Shown here piece after piece: positions 61,201 through 64,000 of a DNA stretch of 64,000 nucleotides (within the stretch, counting starts at the first letter, position 1; each line of letters opens with the position of its first letter). The notes beneath the pieces are model-generated. The model was not told the DNA's origin. It worked only from the letters and a program-made list of their open reading frames with translations, and did not search any database. The position numbers and the translations under genes were made by a program. This stretch comes from Anthoceros angustus (lineage: Eukaryota > Plantae > Anthocerotophyta): the NCBI GenBank assembly GCA_010909165.1, contig MU008201.1, positions 248,001-312,000 on the forward strand, read 5' to 3'.

Positions 61201-64000
61201 AATTTTCAACATCTAGCATCTCTAACAAAGGGTGATAGTTTTAGATCCACTTACCTATCTCCTTCTAGTCACCTTTGTATGGCCGTCAAGTAAAGCCTTT
61301 TCTAAGCCATATACGGATCTCCACTCAACAAGGGCCTGCCCTTTTGGATACTATTCATAGTGACATTTGTGGCCCTATGTCCGTCCAACTCATTTGGAGG
61401 AGCTGTTATTTATTACATTCATAGATGAATGGAGCCGCTATTGTATTGTTTATGTGTTAAGACATAAAAGCGAGGCTCTTATGTGTTTTCAAACCTATGT
61501 GCTTTTGCAACCGGCAGAGTCACAAGGTTAAAATTTTACGCAGTGACAATGGTGGCGAGTACATCAGCAATGCTTTTCAGAACTTTTGCTCTTCGGAAGG
61601 GATCCATCACCAGCTCACCGTGCCGTATACTCCTGCTCAGAACTCTTTTGCTGAGAGGAAAAATCGGACACTCTAGGAGGCTACTTTGGCATCTCTCACT
61701 TTTGCTAGTCTCTCTCGTGGATATTGGGCTGAGGCGTTGATGGCTGCTAACTATGTTCTCAACCGACTACCTTCTAAGGAGCTTGGTTTGACTACTCCGT
61801 ATGAGAGATGGACAGGACACAAGCCCCGCATCGGGCACTTCGTATATTGGATCACCGCTTATGCTTATGTACTGTAGCTACTCGTCATAAGATGGACTTG
61901 AAGGCTATTCGCGATTTTTGTGGGCTACTCCGATGTGAAGGGTTACAAGTTATTTGATCCCTCTACACGCCGGTGACCATCTCACGATGTGGTTTTTGCG
62001 AAGATATTTTGCTTCGTCAACATCTTGCTCACTCATCAGCAACTATGCCTCTTGCATCTATATCTGTGTTCGGACCCACCTCTCAATTTGCATTTGATGA
62101 TTCTTCATTACTATTTTGAGGATGACTCCTCTTTGGCTTGAGAGGGGCTCTTCCTCAATCACCGCTCCAACTCCCATTGTTGCGGTGTGATGATCACCCG
62201 CTCTTCCAGGTGGATGACACTATTGTGCTTGAACCGCGGGATGAAGCCAATGAAGAGCCTCCTCAAGTCTCGTCGTTCTACCGTCCTCCAAGGTCGAGTG
62301 GAAAGAGCCTCCATATGTTGCGGTATTGCTGTAGAGGAACCATTTTTCCACCTCCCGTTTTAGTGTTGTAGACTCATTAGGTGAACCCGCCACCTATAGA
62401 GAAGCTATTGAAGGGCTGAAGCTTCCTTTTGGCAAGGCTATTGAGTCGAATATCAATCTCTCATTTCTAATAAAACTTGGGTTCTTGTAGATCTCCTCCG
62501 GTCGTAAACCGGTTGCTTGTAAGTGGGTCTTCAAAAAAACTCATCGATGGTAGTGTTGGTAGGTATAAGGCTCGCCTCGTGGCAAAGGGATATAGTCAAG
62601 TAAGTTAGACTACAATGAAACATTTGCCCCAGTTGTTAAGTCTACTTCCATAAGAATACTCCTTGCCCTTGCTGCTCACTACAATCTCCTCGTACATCGA
62701 TTAGGCGTAAAAGCGCTTTTCTTAATGGCACCTTAGATGAGGTCATCTACATGGCTCAAGGAAGGTTTTATTATAGACCCTAATAAAGTATGTCAACTTT
62801 TAAAAACACTTTATGGTCTTAAGCTCCTCCGTGCATGGAATGAAGTGTTTCATGCATTGCTCATAGAATTGGGTTTCACATGTTTGAATGATAGCGTATA
62901 TATTTTATGGGATGACAATGATTTTATCATTTTAATTGTTTATGTGGATGATAATATTTTATTTAGCACTTCACCAACTCTTATGGCAAGAATGAAAGCG
63001 ATACTTTGGCAAGGTTTGATATGGTGATTTGGGGCTTATCTTTTCTCTTGGCATTCAATTCCATTTTAACACTCGCGATAACACTATTGATATTCATCAA
63101 GAGCATTTTGTACATCAACTACTTAAGAGGTTCAAGATGGAGGATGCACGACCAGTAAGCACACCTATGTCTACAGGTGAAAAGCTATCTAAGGAACAAT
63201 GCCCGACAACAGAAGAAGAAAAGGCCGAGATGGCACTCAAGCCTTACCGACAAGCTGTTGGTTGTTTAATCTATCTATCAGGTTGGACTAGATTAGACAT
63301 CACACGTGCAGTTAGTAATGTAAGTCAGTTTCTAGAGAACCCTGGCTTGCCACATTGGGCTGCAGTGAAGAGAATTTTTAGGTACCTCAAAGGAACAGCA
63401 CGCAAAGGTTTACGTTTTTCTAAGCAACGGATGGTTTTACTAATGTCCTTTTGTGATGCCGATTGGGCTGGTGACCCGGACACTAGGCGTAGTATTGCAG
63501 CCTCTTTACATTTTAGGTGGATCGGTTATCTCTTGGTCAAGTAAAAGCTCACTACTATTTGTCTTTCCTCTACAGGCGAATATGGTGCCATGACACAAGG
63601 CTAGAGAGGTTATTTTGGATTAGATCTTTCTTAAGTGGACTTAAGCGCTTCATGAAGGACCAACTCGGCTTGGTGCGACAACGATCGATTGCTTTATCGA
63701 AGAATCCGTTTTCATGCTAGAAGTAAGCATATCGAGATTGCTCATCATTTTATAAGACAAGCAGCGGCGTAAAGGTAATAGTGGACTATGTTGCCACTTG
63801 AAAATGTGGCTGACCTTTTGACAAAGTCTTTGCCAAAGTTGGTACATGAAACATACTTTGGCTGGGCTACAATTTATACACGTGAGCAAAGCGAGAACAA
63901 CTCATTAGTTGATTTCCTCTTTCATGGCTTGGTGATTGGATGAAGCCTTATTGTGTTATGTGATCGTCACACTTGCTGGAACTCTTTTTGCTTATATCGG

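Larger units (their letters stand above)
54448..64000 (+). mobile_element. Ty1/Copia LTR retrotransposon: 5' LTR ~54448-54682, PBS 54683-54695, gag-protease-integrase-RT-RNase H; 3' LTR lies beyond the window
   Basis: PBS TGGTATCAGAGCC (tRNA-iMet); gag FNGSDYTI..ENELMGVVDG; CHWC..HIEKNC knuckle; LDSGATSH protease; IHSDICGP, SDNGGEY, AERKNRTL integrase; YKARLVAKGYSQ, YVDD, CDADWAGD. Confidence 0.92.

Overview
Eukaryotic, plant nuclear DNA, most likely a hornwort or another early-diverging land plant. This is inferred from a long PLS-class PPR with a WW-type PG box, short introns, and plant-type tRNA-Ala/Leu. Apparently intact genes: an intronless ABCC/MRP transporter (-), a secreted ApoD-like lipocalin carrying an unusual ~195-aa helical insertion (+, 3 exons), two tandem root-cap/LEA-type secreted protein genes (-), tRNA-Ala(AGC), a DUF688 protein (+), an RWD+DUF1115 (RWDD2-like) protein (-), a ~29-repeat PLS-E+ PPR protein (-) and two tRNA-Leu(AAG) copies. 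Pseudogenes: two neprosin (DUF239) peptidases and a three-domain class I diterpene-synthase-like gene. Mobile DNA: Copia remnants, RLE-type non-LTR retrotransposon fragments, a possible CACTA relic, a ~1-kb TIR element, and from 50.4 kb a nested stack (hAT > Copia > unclassified TIR element). Four tandem duplications between 47 and 61 kb may be partly assembly artefacts. The best candidate for something undescribed is the lipocalin whose beta-barrel is split by a large helical domain. All domain calls are by motif recognition only; no searches were run.
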